From Novakomyces olei (lineage: Eukaryota): a DNA stretch of 64,000 bases. Under the pieces are notes generated by a model that saw nothing but the letters and a program-made list of their open reading frames with translations, did no database searches and had not been told where the DNA came from. Where the stretch lies: positions 2,046,001 to 2,110,000 of the forward strand of contig JADEYG010000007.1 in assembly GCA_016906335.1 (NCBI GenBank), in the 5' to 3' direction. Shown in pieces: positions 51,116 through 63,906 of this stretch. Position 1 is the stretch's first letter. Each line of letters begins with the position of its first letter. The translations under genes were made by a program, and so were the position numbers.

Positions 51116-53189
51116 ATGACAGAAGCAAAACAAGCGTAAGACGTGACAAAGAAGAGTAATGAAAAATAAATCTAACATTCAGACTCGAATTCGTGACTTG
51201 CAGTTCGCGCAGCGTCGAGGACGCACTGTCCCGACTGCAGTCGGCCTTTGATGAAGGCCGGACACGCACGATAGATTATCGCCGGAGCCAGCTCCGAGCG
51301 CTGTACAATGCGGTGAACAGCAATTTACCTCTATTCAAAGAGGCGTAAGTCGTAGAATGTTGGGCTGTTCTAATGTTAAAAAGGTACGGACTTGATTTGG
51401 ACTCGCCTGCGCATAATGTTTTGCTCGCAGAGATATTCACGTTCAACGATAACATTCTTTATCTGTTGGAAAATCTAGATAATTGGACTGCTCCGCACCA
51501 TCCTGCCGACGTGCCGTTTTTACTCCGCATTTTGTGTTCACCTCGATACCAGCATGAACCTTTAGGCCCCTCTCTTATTATTGGGTAAAGCGGTGCTATT
51601 CAGCCTGATTCCTAACTAACAAAAGACCATTCAACTACCCTACAACTTGTGGCCTGCTGCCACTGGCAGGTGCTATAGCGGCCGGATGTACGGTCGTGCT
51701 CAAACCGTCTGAGAGTGTCCCTCACATTGCTGCATTGTTCCAGTATATCGTGGCCAAGTACCTTGACAACGACGCGTACGTTGTGATCAATGGTGCTCGC
51801 GAGACCACCAGCCAGCTGCTGCAATCGCCCATTATAAAGAAAATTTACTTTACCGGAGGTTACAACACGGGACGTATTGTGGCAAAGGCTGCGGCAGAGC
51901 GTTTGGTCCCTGTTTCGTTGGAACTGTATGTGATTTTGTTTTACTGCTTCATATCAAATTAATAAAAATCGCTCCTGCTAACAAGCATCACAGAGGAGGA
52001 AAATCGCCAGTGTTTGTGACACGTGGGGCAGATATAAGTATATGCGCGAAGCGGGTGGTTTGGGGAAAGCTGGTTAATGCGGGCCAAACATGTATAGCTC
52101 CAGACTATGTGATACTAACGGATCCCGGATTGCGAGGCCCCTTTATTACAGCGTGCAAGAAGGCTCTGTCTGAACTTTACCCGGGCAATTCTTCAGGGCC
52201 CGACAGTCTTCGCACATTCGGCCGTATTGTAACCGAGGCACATACTGCTCTTTTGCAGGATTTGCTTCAAAAAACAAAAGGCAATATAATTACCGAAGGA
52301 AAATGTGATGTAGCAGCCCGATATGTGCCTCCGACAATAGTTGCTGACGTGGCAAAAGACGATGCTCTCTTGCAACAAGAAATATTCGGTCCTATTTTGC
52401 CTATTGTTGTAACCAATAACGTGACTGCTGCGTGCTCTTTAGCATTAGAAGTTTGCAAGACGCCTTTAGCGCTCTATGTATTTGGCTCTGATGCAGATGC
52501 TAAATTTTGTAAGTACAACTTTTTTTTCCGTTTGCTGCAGAGTTTACATTTTGTCCCGAGATAAACCTGGTTCTATGACTCTCATCAATGAAATTCGCCT
52601 TGAGTTTCGTTTCGTTATTGCTGCTTTCTAGTATTCGTTCTTTTTCGCTGTCCCATATTTATTACTGCTTTATCATTCACTTGTCATCTTCTAATTAGCA
52701 GTCACCAGCAACATTCAGAGCGGAATGGTCGGTATTAATGACGTTATGGTACAGGGCACAATTAATCAGCTACCGTTTGGCGGAGTTGGTACTGCCGGCA
52801 ACGGGTCAGCGGCACGAGGAATATATGACTTTAAATCCTTTTCGTACGAAAGATCAAGTGTCAATGTATCTGGCAGCAGTCGGCTGGTGGAAGCTCTACT
52901 GGACGCTCGGTACCCGCCTTTTAATAACTTGAAAACATTTACAGCACAATTTCTTAGTCTAAGGCGGCCCGATTTTGATGGAAATGGTCGTCCGCTAGTT
53001 TGGGTTCGATTGCTGCGAGCCCTAGTTGTGCGTCCTCTGCGTGTTTATTATAGCCTTCTCCCGACAACAGCAACGGCATTGCTTCTTTTTTCTCTGGTGT
53101 TCGCACCAAAGGAAAGCACTCTTGCTTACAAAACTGCAATTCGCTCGGTTTCTGATTTCATTTCAGGCTCTATTCTGCGCAGAAAATAG
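51116..53189 (+). CDS. Fatty aldehyde dehydrogenase (ALDH3/Hfd1-like) with C-terminal membrane anchor; about 6 exons
   Basis: IIG/PFNYP, LKPSE, FTGG, LEL/GGKSP, NAGQTCIAPDY, QEIFGPILPI, LPFGGVG, RYPP, hydrophobic tail. Confidence 0.92.
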
Positions 53190-53536
53190 GACCATGTATA
53201 GTGCGAATTTTGTTATTATTTTTAAAATCGTGTATTCGATATAGCTGTACAAACCCCCATTTCTAGACGGAAACGCGTCTCCTGGAATTGACGGGCCCGT
53301 GCTGTAATTATTTCGTAATTTTGATATTTAAACTGCATTTGAATAAAGTCTACCTGCAGCGGAACGCGCTGATGTATACAGGACTAAGTTTGTACGTTGA
53401 GTGCAAAGATTTCGTGTATAATATTCGTAAATTATAGGCCGTTGCTGTCGCGTATACAGTCTGCTTTCTGCCATGGTTTTCTTGTTACATGCTCTACAGA
53501 GAATACCACTTGGACTTACTCGTTATCTGCCAAAAA

Positions 53537-53550
53537 ATCAGGGTTAGGGT
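53537..53550. promoter_or_regulatory. ATCAGGGTTAGGGT AACCCT-box-like element upstream of MED11
   Basis: Seen directly. Confidence 0.5.
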
Positions 53551-53670
53551 AAGCATAGGATATGACAAAAAAGTCCTGTCAAACCAGTATTGTAAGGCTC
53601 GACAGAGGACATCATTAATTCATGTGAGTGTGATCAAAGCCATCAATCAACGTTGACGCTCAGTTGGACA

Positions 53671-54093
53671 ATGAGTGTACCGTCGGTTGACGTGGTACAG
53701 CAGCGAATAGAACAGCTCAATGCCCTTGATCAGGTAAGACTATATACATTTCTTCAATTCGTCCTGACGTGTTTTGCGAAGAAAATATGCCAAATTCTGG
53801 ATGAGGCCAGTTCGGCTCTAAGCGCGCTTGATTATGGAGCGCCAGGTGCAGTTGTAGACGCGCACGTTAGGCGAGCGGCACTTGAGCATCATACAGCGCA
53901 GTTTATGGAATTGCTAGAAGAGTCAAGTGTGGGGTTGCGCAGACAAGTAGCGCTCATAGAGAAGGCAGAAGTGCCTGCTCGCGATTTGCCTCCGTTCCGG
54001 CACTATCGCGGATCACAGAGCCAAGAAGACCTTGATTCTCTATCGCACAGCCTTGTGAATACCCTTGAGGAAATCAAGGAGACTCTAAGGTGA
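53671..54093 (+). CDS. MED11: Mediator subunit 11; 2 exons
   Basis: QRIEQLNALDQ/KICQILDEASSAL..FMELLEESSVGLRRQVALIE. Confidence 0.82.
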   Translation: MSVPSVDVVQQRIEQLNALDQVRLYTFLQFVLTCFAKKICQILDEASSALSALDYGAPGAVVDAHVRRAALEHHTAQFMELLEESSVGLRRQVALIEKAEVPARDLPPFRHYRGSQSQEDLDSLSHSLVNTLEEIKETLR

Positions 54094-54451
54094 GAGCTTG
54101 GCAGTGGGCGAGTACTTCAATGCTTGGATGTGTCTGCAGGATCTTATGGCAATTTAGACTTTTCCTGGTATCGACTTTAGCGGGATCTGCATTTTATTTG
54201 TGAATCCAAGAATCGTTGTTGATCCAGGTTATAGGGCTGACCGAGTGTACACGCATGGCGTATCCTCAACTGGGGTCTTGATACTCTAAAGTCTATAATT
54301 CTATGACTGACGTATCATTCATTAACTGCTTCTCCAAGTTTCTATGATAAGTCTACGGGAAGCTTCACGCACAAGCATTTTAACGCCTTCAAGATAAATG
54401 TTTGATTCTTGATTCGCATTATTACATCAATCGCTCCAAAAACACTTTTAC

Positions 54452-56114
54452 CTACTCTTCTGTCTTTGCGACTTTGGCAGGCCTTTCCTGCACAGGTAGC
54501 GTTGCATTCAGCGGCGGCAATAGTGCGCGTGTTGCAGTTCGCGCATTTTGAGCCAATACTGCACTAAACTTGTTAGTATATTTGGGAAAAAATAATAAAT
54601 ATAAATAAATAACAATATAAAATTAATTAAGCTTACTCGATAATGACAAGGGCTGCCATTGCTTCAACGATGGGCACAGCGCGGGGCACAACACACGGAT
54701 CGTGGCGGCCGCGAGTAGCCAAAACTCCATTTTCGCCAGTATAACTGGAAGTTGTTTGGTTTTGGCTAATTGTTGCTGGAGATTTAAAGGCAACACGGAA
54801 ATAGATATCTTCACCGTTTGAAATGCCGCCTTGAATACCGGCCGAATTGTTAGTTGCTGTACCGAGTTTCCCATTTGCCTTGAGGACGTAAGGATCATTG
54901 TGTTTTGATCCCGGGACAGCAGTGCCATGGAATCCGGACCCGATCTCGAAGCCTTTTGTAGCTGGAATTGAAAGCATTGCATGAGCCAGTTTGGCCTCAA
55001 GCTTATCAAAGCACGGCTCTCCGAGTCCGATTGGTGCCTTTCGAATGACGCACGTGACAGAGCCTCCGATAGAGTCGTTCTTGGCCTTTGCTCTCTCGAT
55101 CCTTTGTACCATTCGCTCTGCTGTGGCTTTGTCGGGACAACGTACCTGCGACGCGTCTACTTGAGCACGCGTAATGTTCTTGAGCAAAGACAAATACTCG
55201 GACGAGACTGGCGAGTCAACGTCATCTTCATCCTCGTTTGTGAAATCGGCCTCTGTTGTGGGAAGATTGATCTTTCCCACAGACGATACAAAGGCAATAA
55301 TCTCTACACCGTAAGCCTGTAAGAGGTATTTTTCCGCAACAGCACCGGCGGCAACACGGCCTGAATGTTAATTTGGAAAAATAAATAAATATTTTTTTAA
55401 AGATTTTTTAAAGATTTTGCACTATAAAATGCAAGCGATCAATTACCAATTGTTTCTCTGGCTGACGAACGGCCACCGCCGCTAGACGCCTTTACGCCAT
55501 ACTTCTCCAGATACGTGTAGTCTGAGTGTGATGGGCGGGGATACTGATCCGTTTCAGAATAATCACTACAAGTTAGACAAGCCCTAAGCATCTTGGTATA
55601 TGTGTAATATTTCCGCTGCATCTTAGCTATAAATAATAAACATTAAAGACCAACCGAAAGACGGCAGAGTTGCGATATCGCATTGAAAAAATACCAATAG
55701 TAATAGCATTAAATGTAAAGGAATGTCAGTTTAATTCACGTACTGGGGCCTTTGGTCTTGATTTTGCACAAGCATGCCGATTGGTGTACCAAGCGTTACA
55801 CCAAACTCTGTTCCTGACTGGATAAAAACTCGATCCTTTTCATCGCGCTAAAAGTCGGTAATCAATCGTCTGCGAGCATTAAAAATTCAACTTACTGGAG
55901 TAGTGATATTGCTCTGGCCGGGTCTGCGCCGGGAGAGCTGCGTCTGCACATCAGCTTCCACTAATGCCATTCCAGGCGGACAACCGTCGACAATGCAGCC
56001 AACCGAGCGGCAATGTGATTCGCCATAGCTGAAAAATATTAGATCAAGAGACGAAATGAAGCAACGGATAACAACTTACGTAGTTACACGGAAATAGGAG
56101 CCAAATGTCGACAT
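54452..56114 (-). CDS. ARO2: Chorismate synthase; 6 exons
   Basis: [68 protein letters not shown]. Confidence 0.97.
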
Positions 56115-56369
56115 TTTCGATGTTGCTCTTGTGCGCTGCTTTGGCACTAAATAATTTATTTTATTTTTATTTTTATTTTTATTTTTTACTAATAATGAAA
56201 TCTGATCCTATTAACAGAAGTACAAAAGAGAGCGTATCGCAAACTCAATGTAGTGAAAACTAATGTGATAAATAGTTCAAGCATAATAAAATATACACAA
56301 ATAAATCAAATATACGTAAATAAATAAAGCCTTGGTTTAGCTTCTCGGTTAGAGCAATCCTGAATCATC

Positions 56370-56885
56370 ATGAGTACAGACAATTGTGTAAGTATTGCGG
56401 CCACAGACTTCATTAAGGCACTAACGTAACTCTCAGCCTCTTGCTATCAGTGATCTGGCCTCCGTGTGCAAAGCAGCAGTGAGCAAAGTCTTACCGCCGT
56501 CCACGGAGTATGTACACTCTAGCACGGCAGCATGGAATACTGATATCATTGTAAGATCATACAGCAGCTCTACTCGTCTTGTGTTTGAATTTCCCTGTTC
56601 ATCTTGCTGATGTTTATACAAATTTGCTAATCGTCAAAGAACACAATTCTAAAAGATCTTTCAGCAAAAGTGCCAAACTACAAATGGTTTGTTACGTCTA
56701 CTATCGTACAACACCAGGCTGGTGATAAGACGAGCCGAGGAGTCCATTCGTCTCAGGGCGCATGGTGGAACAATGAACGAGACGGAATGTGGACATACAA
56801 ATACCCTGGCGGCAAAGACGGTGACGAGAGCACTAAATTGGACGGAATGGATATTGTAATCGGCATTGTATGGATCGGGTTGTAA
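56370..56885 (+). CDS. Tctex-1 type dynein light chain (Dlc1/Tda2-like); 3 exons
   Basis: WNTDII/NTILKDL..YKWFVTSTIVQ..GVHSSQGAWWNNERDGMW. Confidence 0.87.
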
Positions 56886-57172
56886 TCAACTACTGAACGG
56901 CTTGTCAATTAGTACACTCACGCATCATTGTGGCTATTTTATATACTGTGGACTCGTATACGTATGCCTTTTATTACCAACTAGACGTTTTGTATTGCTG
57001 CTAGATCTATTGTATGCATGCCGGCTTCAGTATTAAGAGTTATTGAGTCAGACGTGACAACGTAGCCGTCTACCACTCTATCCAGGCCATTGAATATTAG
57101 ATGCAGCAAATAGTAAATCGCTGCTCATAAACACGTTCGAGCGATTGACCAAGCGCCCATTTGTCTTATTCT

Positions 57173-57841
57173 TTACTGCTTCCTATACTGCAGCTTTTCA
57201 ACCCGAACTTCATCATTGATCAAAGAGTAAACATACAGCACGAGAGCGGTGCCTTGAATATCCATGAGCACAAAGCTCGGGTAGTTTGCATCGCCTGGAG
57301 CCGCAAAAGTCGACATAGCTCCAGTCGCACTGCCAGGGCACACGAAAAAGCGGCCGTCCGCCTCAAAGCACTCGAGGCGGCCTCGACCACCTCCATAAAT
57401 TAGAACATCTACATCCATTTGCCGCGCCGCTACTGACAGCGCGTCCGCATCATGCTGTGGTACAATACTAAGCGTTGAAGTGAGTCCAACTCGTAATCCA
57501 CCGTTGACTACGATTTTGGAGACGGGGACATTTGGCATCTGTTCGATTCGTGGTCAGTAACTGATCTTTGATGTACGCCAAAAGATCGTAAAAGTTTCCG
57601 CAAAAGCTTACCTCATCAAAATCGCCTTTGACCAAATGTAAGTCGGTACTGACGCCCTTTAGAAAATCATACGTGTCTCGGTCATTCAAGTTCCCCGTGC
57701 ACAGAATCTGTCCAATCTTGCCCGGCGCCAGTAGCTTACGAAACTGTTTGTGAGCAACGATTCAACCCTGGCTCGTACCTTGGCCGGAATACCGGGCGAC
57801 CGTGTCGGGATATGAAGGTCGCCAATGACCAGCACCAGCAT
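57173..57841 (-). CDS. VPS29: Retromer subunit Vps29; 3 exons
   Basis: [66 protein letters not shown]. Confidence 0.96.
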
Positions 57842-58093
57842 TTCCGCTGTTATTTGCTTCGGCAATCGCCTTTCATTAGTGTGTGATTTCGTATTATTAT
57901 TATCATTATTATTATTATTATGTCACATAAAAATAGCAACTGCTACAATATAGTAATATAAATTTTAAGTTGAAACGCACCTTTTACGTACTACAGAGAT
58001 GAGCAAAATATACATGAATTATTGTGAATAGCAAACCCTCCCCTATTTTTAGTAAGAGACAGTTTTTGGCAAAAGCAAGACAAACCTTTCACA

Positions 58094-59473
58094 ATGCAGC
58101 CGCCACATCCGCTCTTAATGATCCCCGGTCCCGTGGAATTCTCGGACGAGGTGCTCGCAGCCAGCGCGCATCCGTCCGTGTCCCATGTGGGTCCGGCTTT
58201 TGTGCAAATTTTTGGCGAAACTTTAGGTATGCTGCGGCGGGTATTGCAGACTACACACCGTGGCAGCCAGCCTTTTGTGCTTAACGGCAGCGGGACATTG
58301 GGCTGGGATGCAGTAGCTGCTAATCTAGCGGAGCCGGGACACAAGGCTCTAGTGCTGAATACAGGCTACTTTGGAGATTCGTTTGCCGAGTGGTAAGCCT
58401 AATGCAATTGAGATTTAATTGAACCTGCCTCATTTTAATCGATCTGACTAGTTTGATTTAAAATTGTCAAATTCTCGCCTTTTATTTTGTCTTTATCATT
58501 ATCGTAATAATATCAAACTTGGTTTCTTGCTGTTTAAGTTCTTTAAATTTAAATGTGGTCCAATCCTTCACAATTCACCGTTTGCTGATTACCGTGTGCT
58601 AATATTAGTCTGGAAACGTATGGAGTAAACGCCATCCAACTCCATGCCTCTGTCGGAACACGGCCTTCACTTAATGAAATCGAGTCCGCTTTGCTCCGGG
58701 AGAAGTTTGATTTAATAACTATAACGCATGTCGATACGTCCACTGGAGTTCTTAGTGATGTCAAGGCAATTGCGGAAACAGTTCGGCGAGTATCGCCCAA
58801 CACTCTTATCTGCGTCGATGGGGTGTGTAGCGTTGGCTGTGAAGAGATCCGTTTCGACGAGTGGGATCTCGATGTTGTTCTTACCGCCTCGCAAAAGGCA
58901 CTAGGCTGTCCTGCCGGTCTTAGTATTCTTATGGCCTCACACAGAGCAATTGCGCGATTCAATAGCCGAACGACTGCGCCAGGAAGCTACTTTGCCAGCT
59001 GGCGTAAATGGATACCGGTCATGCAGGCTTACGAAGCTCGTCAGGCAAAGTACTTTGCTACTCCGTCTGTTCAGCTTGTTTACGCACTACACGCGTCCCT
59101 TAAACAGATTCTCTCCGTGCCTCTAGAGACGCGTTTTGCTCTTCATCTGGACGCGTCGCGACGCGTTAAAGCTTTTCTGCGGTCGCTCGGGCTACAGCAA
59201 TTGCCAAAATCAGACGAAATGGCTGCACACGGAATGACTGCCGTTTACCTTCCTGCTGGAGTCGAAGTGGGCCAATTGCTGCCCAAAGTAGCCGGCCAGG
59301 GAATTGTATTCGCCGGTGGGCTGTACAAGGGACTTGCTCAAAAATATATACGTATCGGCCATATGGGCATAAGTGTTACCGACAGTAAACGTGGTGATAT
59401 CGATACCGCCCTGCGCGGGCTGAAGCAGGCATTGGCTGAGACTGAGGTGACTGGTAAGCTAGCTCGCCTTTAA
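58094..59473 (+). CDS. AGX1: Alanine-glyoxylate aminotransferase (class V PLP); 2 exons; PTS1-like ARL end
   Basis: LLMIPGPVE, GSGTLGWD, THVDTSTGV, DGVCS, TASQKALG (PLP lysine), RIGHMG. Confidence 0.93.
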
Positions 59474-60311
59474 TTGTTGACTGGTAAATAGCCGGGAAAC
59501 CGGGCCATGTGAATTAGTGGCCTATTCTGCATTGTCTATTTGCTAATAAGCTCTCATCGTCGTGTTACAAGATGTTTATTAAATGATTGGAGGGAATAGT
59601 TTGGATTGGTGTAACGATTCAACTATTGCCCAAGTATTTTGAAGTTGTTCCTGTTAGGAACGGGAAAAGGCAAAGATAAAAGTCTAAAAGTTATTCTGTT
59701 TTTTTTTGATTTGTTTTTTTCTTCAGAATTGACTCTAGAATGAGTTCAACTTGACGAGCGTAATGCTGCAACACGTTGCAAATGGTGACGATCTGCCAGG
59801 CGTCTGTGTTGGATTTATGAGATTGCAAGGGAAGTGTCGATCTCCAAAAAGTGGTTTACTTGTGCTTTTGTCGTACGATTTTGTTTTTCAGTACTGGAGC
59901 TGCAAAGTGTCGCGTCGCCAGCCATGTAAAAAGTTCATTGAGTTATTGTATAGACAATTGGCGAATCAAAATGAACATTATGACCAGTCTGTATTCTGTG
60001 GGTATTTCATAATATACATCCAACCGATATGAACTCTTGTCTTGAAAAGCAAGGGTTTAAATGATGAGTAGTCGTATTACATTTTGTATTAATGAGGGGC
60101 TGTATGAATAATTGAAGCAGGCTCATTCCATATTGAATGAGTCTTAAAATCGAGCTATCACATCACGTATACAATACTCGATTATTTTCTCGACTTCTAA
60201 ATACGTAGAGCAGCACATATAATAATTACAAAACAAAATCTTTGCCTTATAAGTAAATCGGAATTTATGATCATCAGAGACTTGTAGAACCACAGTCAGC
60301 AAGCAGAGACA

Positions 60312-61145
60312 ATGGATATCCGGCAGGCTACGGTGGCGGATCTGCAGGGCATGCAGGTATGTCATTCTTTAGGACTCGTACCTTTATTAATCACAGTTAT
60401 GTAGTTGGCCAATTTGACGAATTTGCCGGAAAATTATCAAATGCGCTACTACCTCTACCATTTAATGACATGGCCTCAATTGTCTTTTGTTGCCGTTGAT
60501 TCAAAGGGCCGTATAGTCGGTTATGTAATGGGAAAAATGGAAGAAGAACCGGCCGATGGAATTCCTCAAGGCCATATCACATCGCTGTCCGTAATGCGCT
60601 CGTACAGGCGGCTCGGACTTGCCGAAAAAATGATGCGCCAAAGCCGTAAGTGACCACACGCTAATCGCAATTGCTGGTCTATGATACAAACGACCTCTAT
60701 TTGTTTTTGCAAAATTACATTTGGTTTCTACTTCTATATCTATTACAGCTGCTTGCATTCTCAATTTCCTTTGCAATGCCTTTCCTACTATGCCTTTCCT
60801 ACTATGCCTTTCCTACTCTTGCTCGTTTATTTTTCAATTTACACTGCTAATGTTTAGAGCGCCAGATGGCTCAAGTTTTCGGTGCCAGAGTCGTGTGCTT
60901 GCATGTACGCAAGGGCAATATGGCGGCTTTGCGTCTTTACAAGGATACACTAGGCTTCACGTATGATGAAAACTATTACAAATCTCCTTGGCTAATGTAT
61001 TAGGGTAAAAGAAGTTTCTGAGCGGTATTACGCTGACGGCGAGGACGCGTATTCAATGATGTATGCGCTCAAGTTGAACTAATTTACTGACGATGGCAGA
61101 AAAGAGCTGGAACCGCCGGCTGGCAAGAAGAAGAAATCAAAATAA
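60312..61145 (+). CDS. ARD1: NatA catalytic N-terminal acetyltransferase subunit (Naa10); 4-5 exons
   Basis: [51 protein letters not shown]. Confidence 0.96.
60776..60817. repeat. 14-bp repeat (ATGCCTTTCCTACT) x3 in an ARD1 intron
   Basis: Seen directly. Confidence 0.9.
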
Positions 61146-61231
61146 AATGTATTATGCATCTAGGTGTGTGAGTGAATATACATAGTGACGTGAACAGTCA
61201 TATATAAGTGCACGTACTCAAACGCTCACAA

Positions 61232-62179
61232 TCAGCTAGCGCCGTCATTGAGTGCGATACAGCATGTAGCTTTATGGTGGCCATTGTACTGCCGAATAGT
61301 CTCTCCTGAACTCAGCTCCCATAGACGGGCAACATGATCAGAAGAAGCCGTTACCAAGTAAGCCGAGTCCGCAGAAAAGGCACAGTCCCAGACCCATCGC
61401 TGGTGGCCCTGTAATTCCTTTTCCTGTTCAAATGCATAATTTTCCGTATTCCAAAGCCGCACGGTTGAATCGGCGGAGCAAGTAGCGAGGTGCTTGACGT
61501 CTGGCGACAGCACACAGCGAGTCAAATAAGTATCATGAGCCTTAAACTTTGTTACTGGCTGCAGTTTTGTGACATCACGCTGGTTAAACATACTCCATAC
61601 ATAGCAATTGCCCTTTTGCGTCCCCGCTACGAGCATTGACCCGTCAGAAGCCACAGAGAGAGAGCGGATAGCGGCATCTTCCTCTGGCACTAATTCGTGG
61701 GTGCACGCATTCTCTGCCAGATCCCATACTTTGACCGATCCATTCTGGTCACAGCTTAGCAGCTCTCCCTGGTTCGGGTGGATGACGACATCATTCACGG
61801 GCGCCCGATGATCGTATTTCCGCTGCAGTGTGGGAGCCCGTGTGTCCCATATCTTTACAGTCCCGTCTTCGCTGCAGGTCGCGAGCCATTTGCCATCGCA
61901 GTGGAACTGAACACCCGTGACATTATTACTATGGCCATCAAACGTCATTATTGGTGTAGTGCTGCCCGAGGGAACATCATACAGCTTCGCATTTGAGTGC
62001 GCTGCCGCCGCGAGGAACCGTTTGTCGTTTGAGATACATAGCCGATTCACTTGTGAATCAGGGTGCTGAATCGTGTGCGAGCAGATCCCACTAAGAGCTT
62101 CCCAGAAGCGAATTGTATGGTCATAGCCGGCCGTCACCAGCAGAACCGTATGCTGCTGGCTGCCCGAAGGCGACGGCAT
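61232..62179 (-). CDS. LST8: TOR complex subunit Lst8 (WD40), intronless
   Basis: LVTAGYDHTIRFWEALSGIC..GHQRWVWDCAFSADSAYLVTASSD. Confidence 0.97.
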   Translation of the reverse strand: MPSPSGSQQHTVLLVTAGYDHTIRFWEALSGICSHTIQHPDSQVNRLCISNDKRFLAAAAHSNAKLYDVPSGSTTPIMTFDGHSNNVTGVQFHCDGKWLATCSEDGTVKIWDTRAPTLQRKYDHRAPVNDVVIHPNQGELLSCDQNGSVKVWDLAENACTHELVPEEDAAIRSLSVASDGSMLVAGTQKGNCYVWSMFNQRDVTKLQPVTKFKAHDTYLTRCVLSPDVKHLATCSADSTVRLWNTENYAFEQEKELQGHQRWVWDCAFSADSAYLVTASSDHVARLWELSSGETIRQYNGHHKATCCIALNDGAS

Positions 62180-62970
62180 TGCTCTGTGACAGTTTGGGGT
62201 ATCTGATTATATACAGTGCAATCGTGACAGCAGCATTTTTTGAATATTTACGAATATTATACATCTAATTGTTCTAATTGTATTATACACTATGATACAC
62301 TATAATACACGAATAATACACAAATAATACACGCTGTAGTGTCCGCTAATACAAAGTAAATCACGGTAAAATCCAGCTAGAGTATATTACCTTAGTCGAC
62401 TAAAGTTGTACTTGTTGGGCTTTAGCTATTCAAGTTTTGCATTGATCAGATTACTGCAGCGACGCAGATTATGGGGCGCGACACGGACCACGAGCGTGAC
62501 TCTTTGCCTATTGAATGCGCTCTCGACGATGCATTCGCAATTGCTATTGTCTCGGCCAAATCGTGGATGGAATATTACGCAGCGCAATATTAGGACAAGA
62601 GACGCATTGCGCAGCGCCAAGACTAAATTGATAAAATAAAAAAGATTGTTCACGTCCACTTCCACGTAGTGTCTACGAGTATAGTACATTACTCGCCAGT
62701 AAACAAAGGTGTACAGTATCCATACAATCACCCGCGCCAATTCTACATATACCGATTAATTTATCAAGCAAAACAATCCTATTAAACAGGAAGAGACTGC
62801 TATTATACTGTCAATCATTACTCCGCCCGACGACTCGATACATATTACATAATACCGAATCCCACACAAGCGCTTCACCATTCCTCTGTATAAGCCACCG
62901 CTGCTTCCGGAAACGGACCGGCAACGACAAGATTGACGTCAGGGTTCATTCTATTTATATTCTTATATAA

Positions 62971-63906
62971 ATGAATGAAACGGGGCCAATTGAACCAGTC
63001 AGCTATCATAACAAACCGACTCTGCAAAGCGCAATGTCGACGGCGACAGCGATGGCCAATACAGCACGCGAACAGCCGCCGCCTTATACTTCCGTGACGG
63101 ATCCGGTAGCGGATCCGTTTGCGGACGGCGGCTTTGCTCCCGAAAAGAAACTGCACCATTCAACATCGCAAAGGTCTTCGCGACACAAGAGTAGCAGCAG
63201 CGGCAGCAAAAAGCACAGCCATCGCCGCAGTGCCTCTGTTGATCCAATTGACCAGCTGGACGGTTCCTTCAACGGCAAGTATCATCACGATGGGCCCTTT
63301 GATGCGGCCACAATAGCACGCAATGCTCCACAGGTACCAAGAGACGCTCGGCCATTGGATGCAGTTCGTACGACAAACCAACTGGCTCTGGACGCGACAC
63401 CGGCCAGGTTTGTTCGAGATTCATTGCAGAACCATGTTCCCTTGCAGGGCGTAGGCAATGTTCCGCCCGGCGAGAGAGTGGATGGGACAGGGCCGCCTCT
63501 GGAGTATCAGGAGGAGAATATGCTAAAGGGCATGCGGAGGTGGAATGGGATCGAGTACCAAGACTCGGATATTAAAGCACATGGACCGCGCGATATTGAT
63601 GATGAGTTGGAGCGCAGAGCTTACGCCCGGCGTCTACGTAAAGAGCAGGGCAGAAACGTGGATCCGGACCAGTTTGGAACGGTGCAGTATGACGGAGACC
63701 ACGAGCTGGAGCCGCTCAATGGGAAAGCGGGTGCCAGTACAGCGACTGAGCATGTGGAGGCAGCAGAACCAGACTATAAATATGGGCCTACAAGCACGTT
63801 ACGGCCGGATAGTGGTGAAGCTGGCAACAGCCACTCGCGATCTAGCTCGACGGGCTCGAACAAGCTTGGCACGCTCAAGAAGAAACTGTCGCTGCACAGA
63901 AAGTAG
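62971..63906 (+). CDS. PAL1: Pal1 cell morphology protein family
   Basis: DPIDQLD..YHHDGPFDAA..RN motif of the Pal1 family. Confidence 0.8.
   Translation: MNETGPIEPVSYHNKPTLQSAMSTATAMANTAREQPPPYTSVTDPVADPFADGGFAPEKKLHHSTSQRSSRHKSSSSGSKKHSHRRSASVDPIDQLDGSFNGKYHHDGPFDAATIARNAPQVPRDARPLDAVRTTNQLALDATPARFVRDSLQNHVPLQGVGNVPPGERVDGTGPPLEYQEENMLKGMRRWNGIEYQDSDIKAHGPRDIDDELERRAYARRLRKEQGRNVDPDQFGTVQYDGDHELEPLNGKAGASTATEHVEAAEPDYKYGPTSTLRPDSGEAGNSHSRSSSTGSNKLGTLKKKLSLHRK

Noticed and set aside
54094..54450. Possible TPP riboswitch or structured RNA between MED11 and ARO2
   Set aside because: Lacks the conserved TPP core and neither neighbour is a thiamine gene
47950..59473. SDR, ALDH, ARO2 and AGX1 as a metabolic gene cluster
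   Set aside because: Interspersed with unrelated housekeeping genes; no backbone enzyme, transporter or regulator
60055..60145. ATGATGA box C-like motif with a small hairpin (snoRNA candidate)
   Set aside because: No suitably placed CTGA box D or terminal stem
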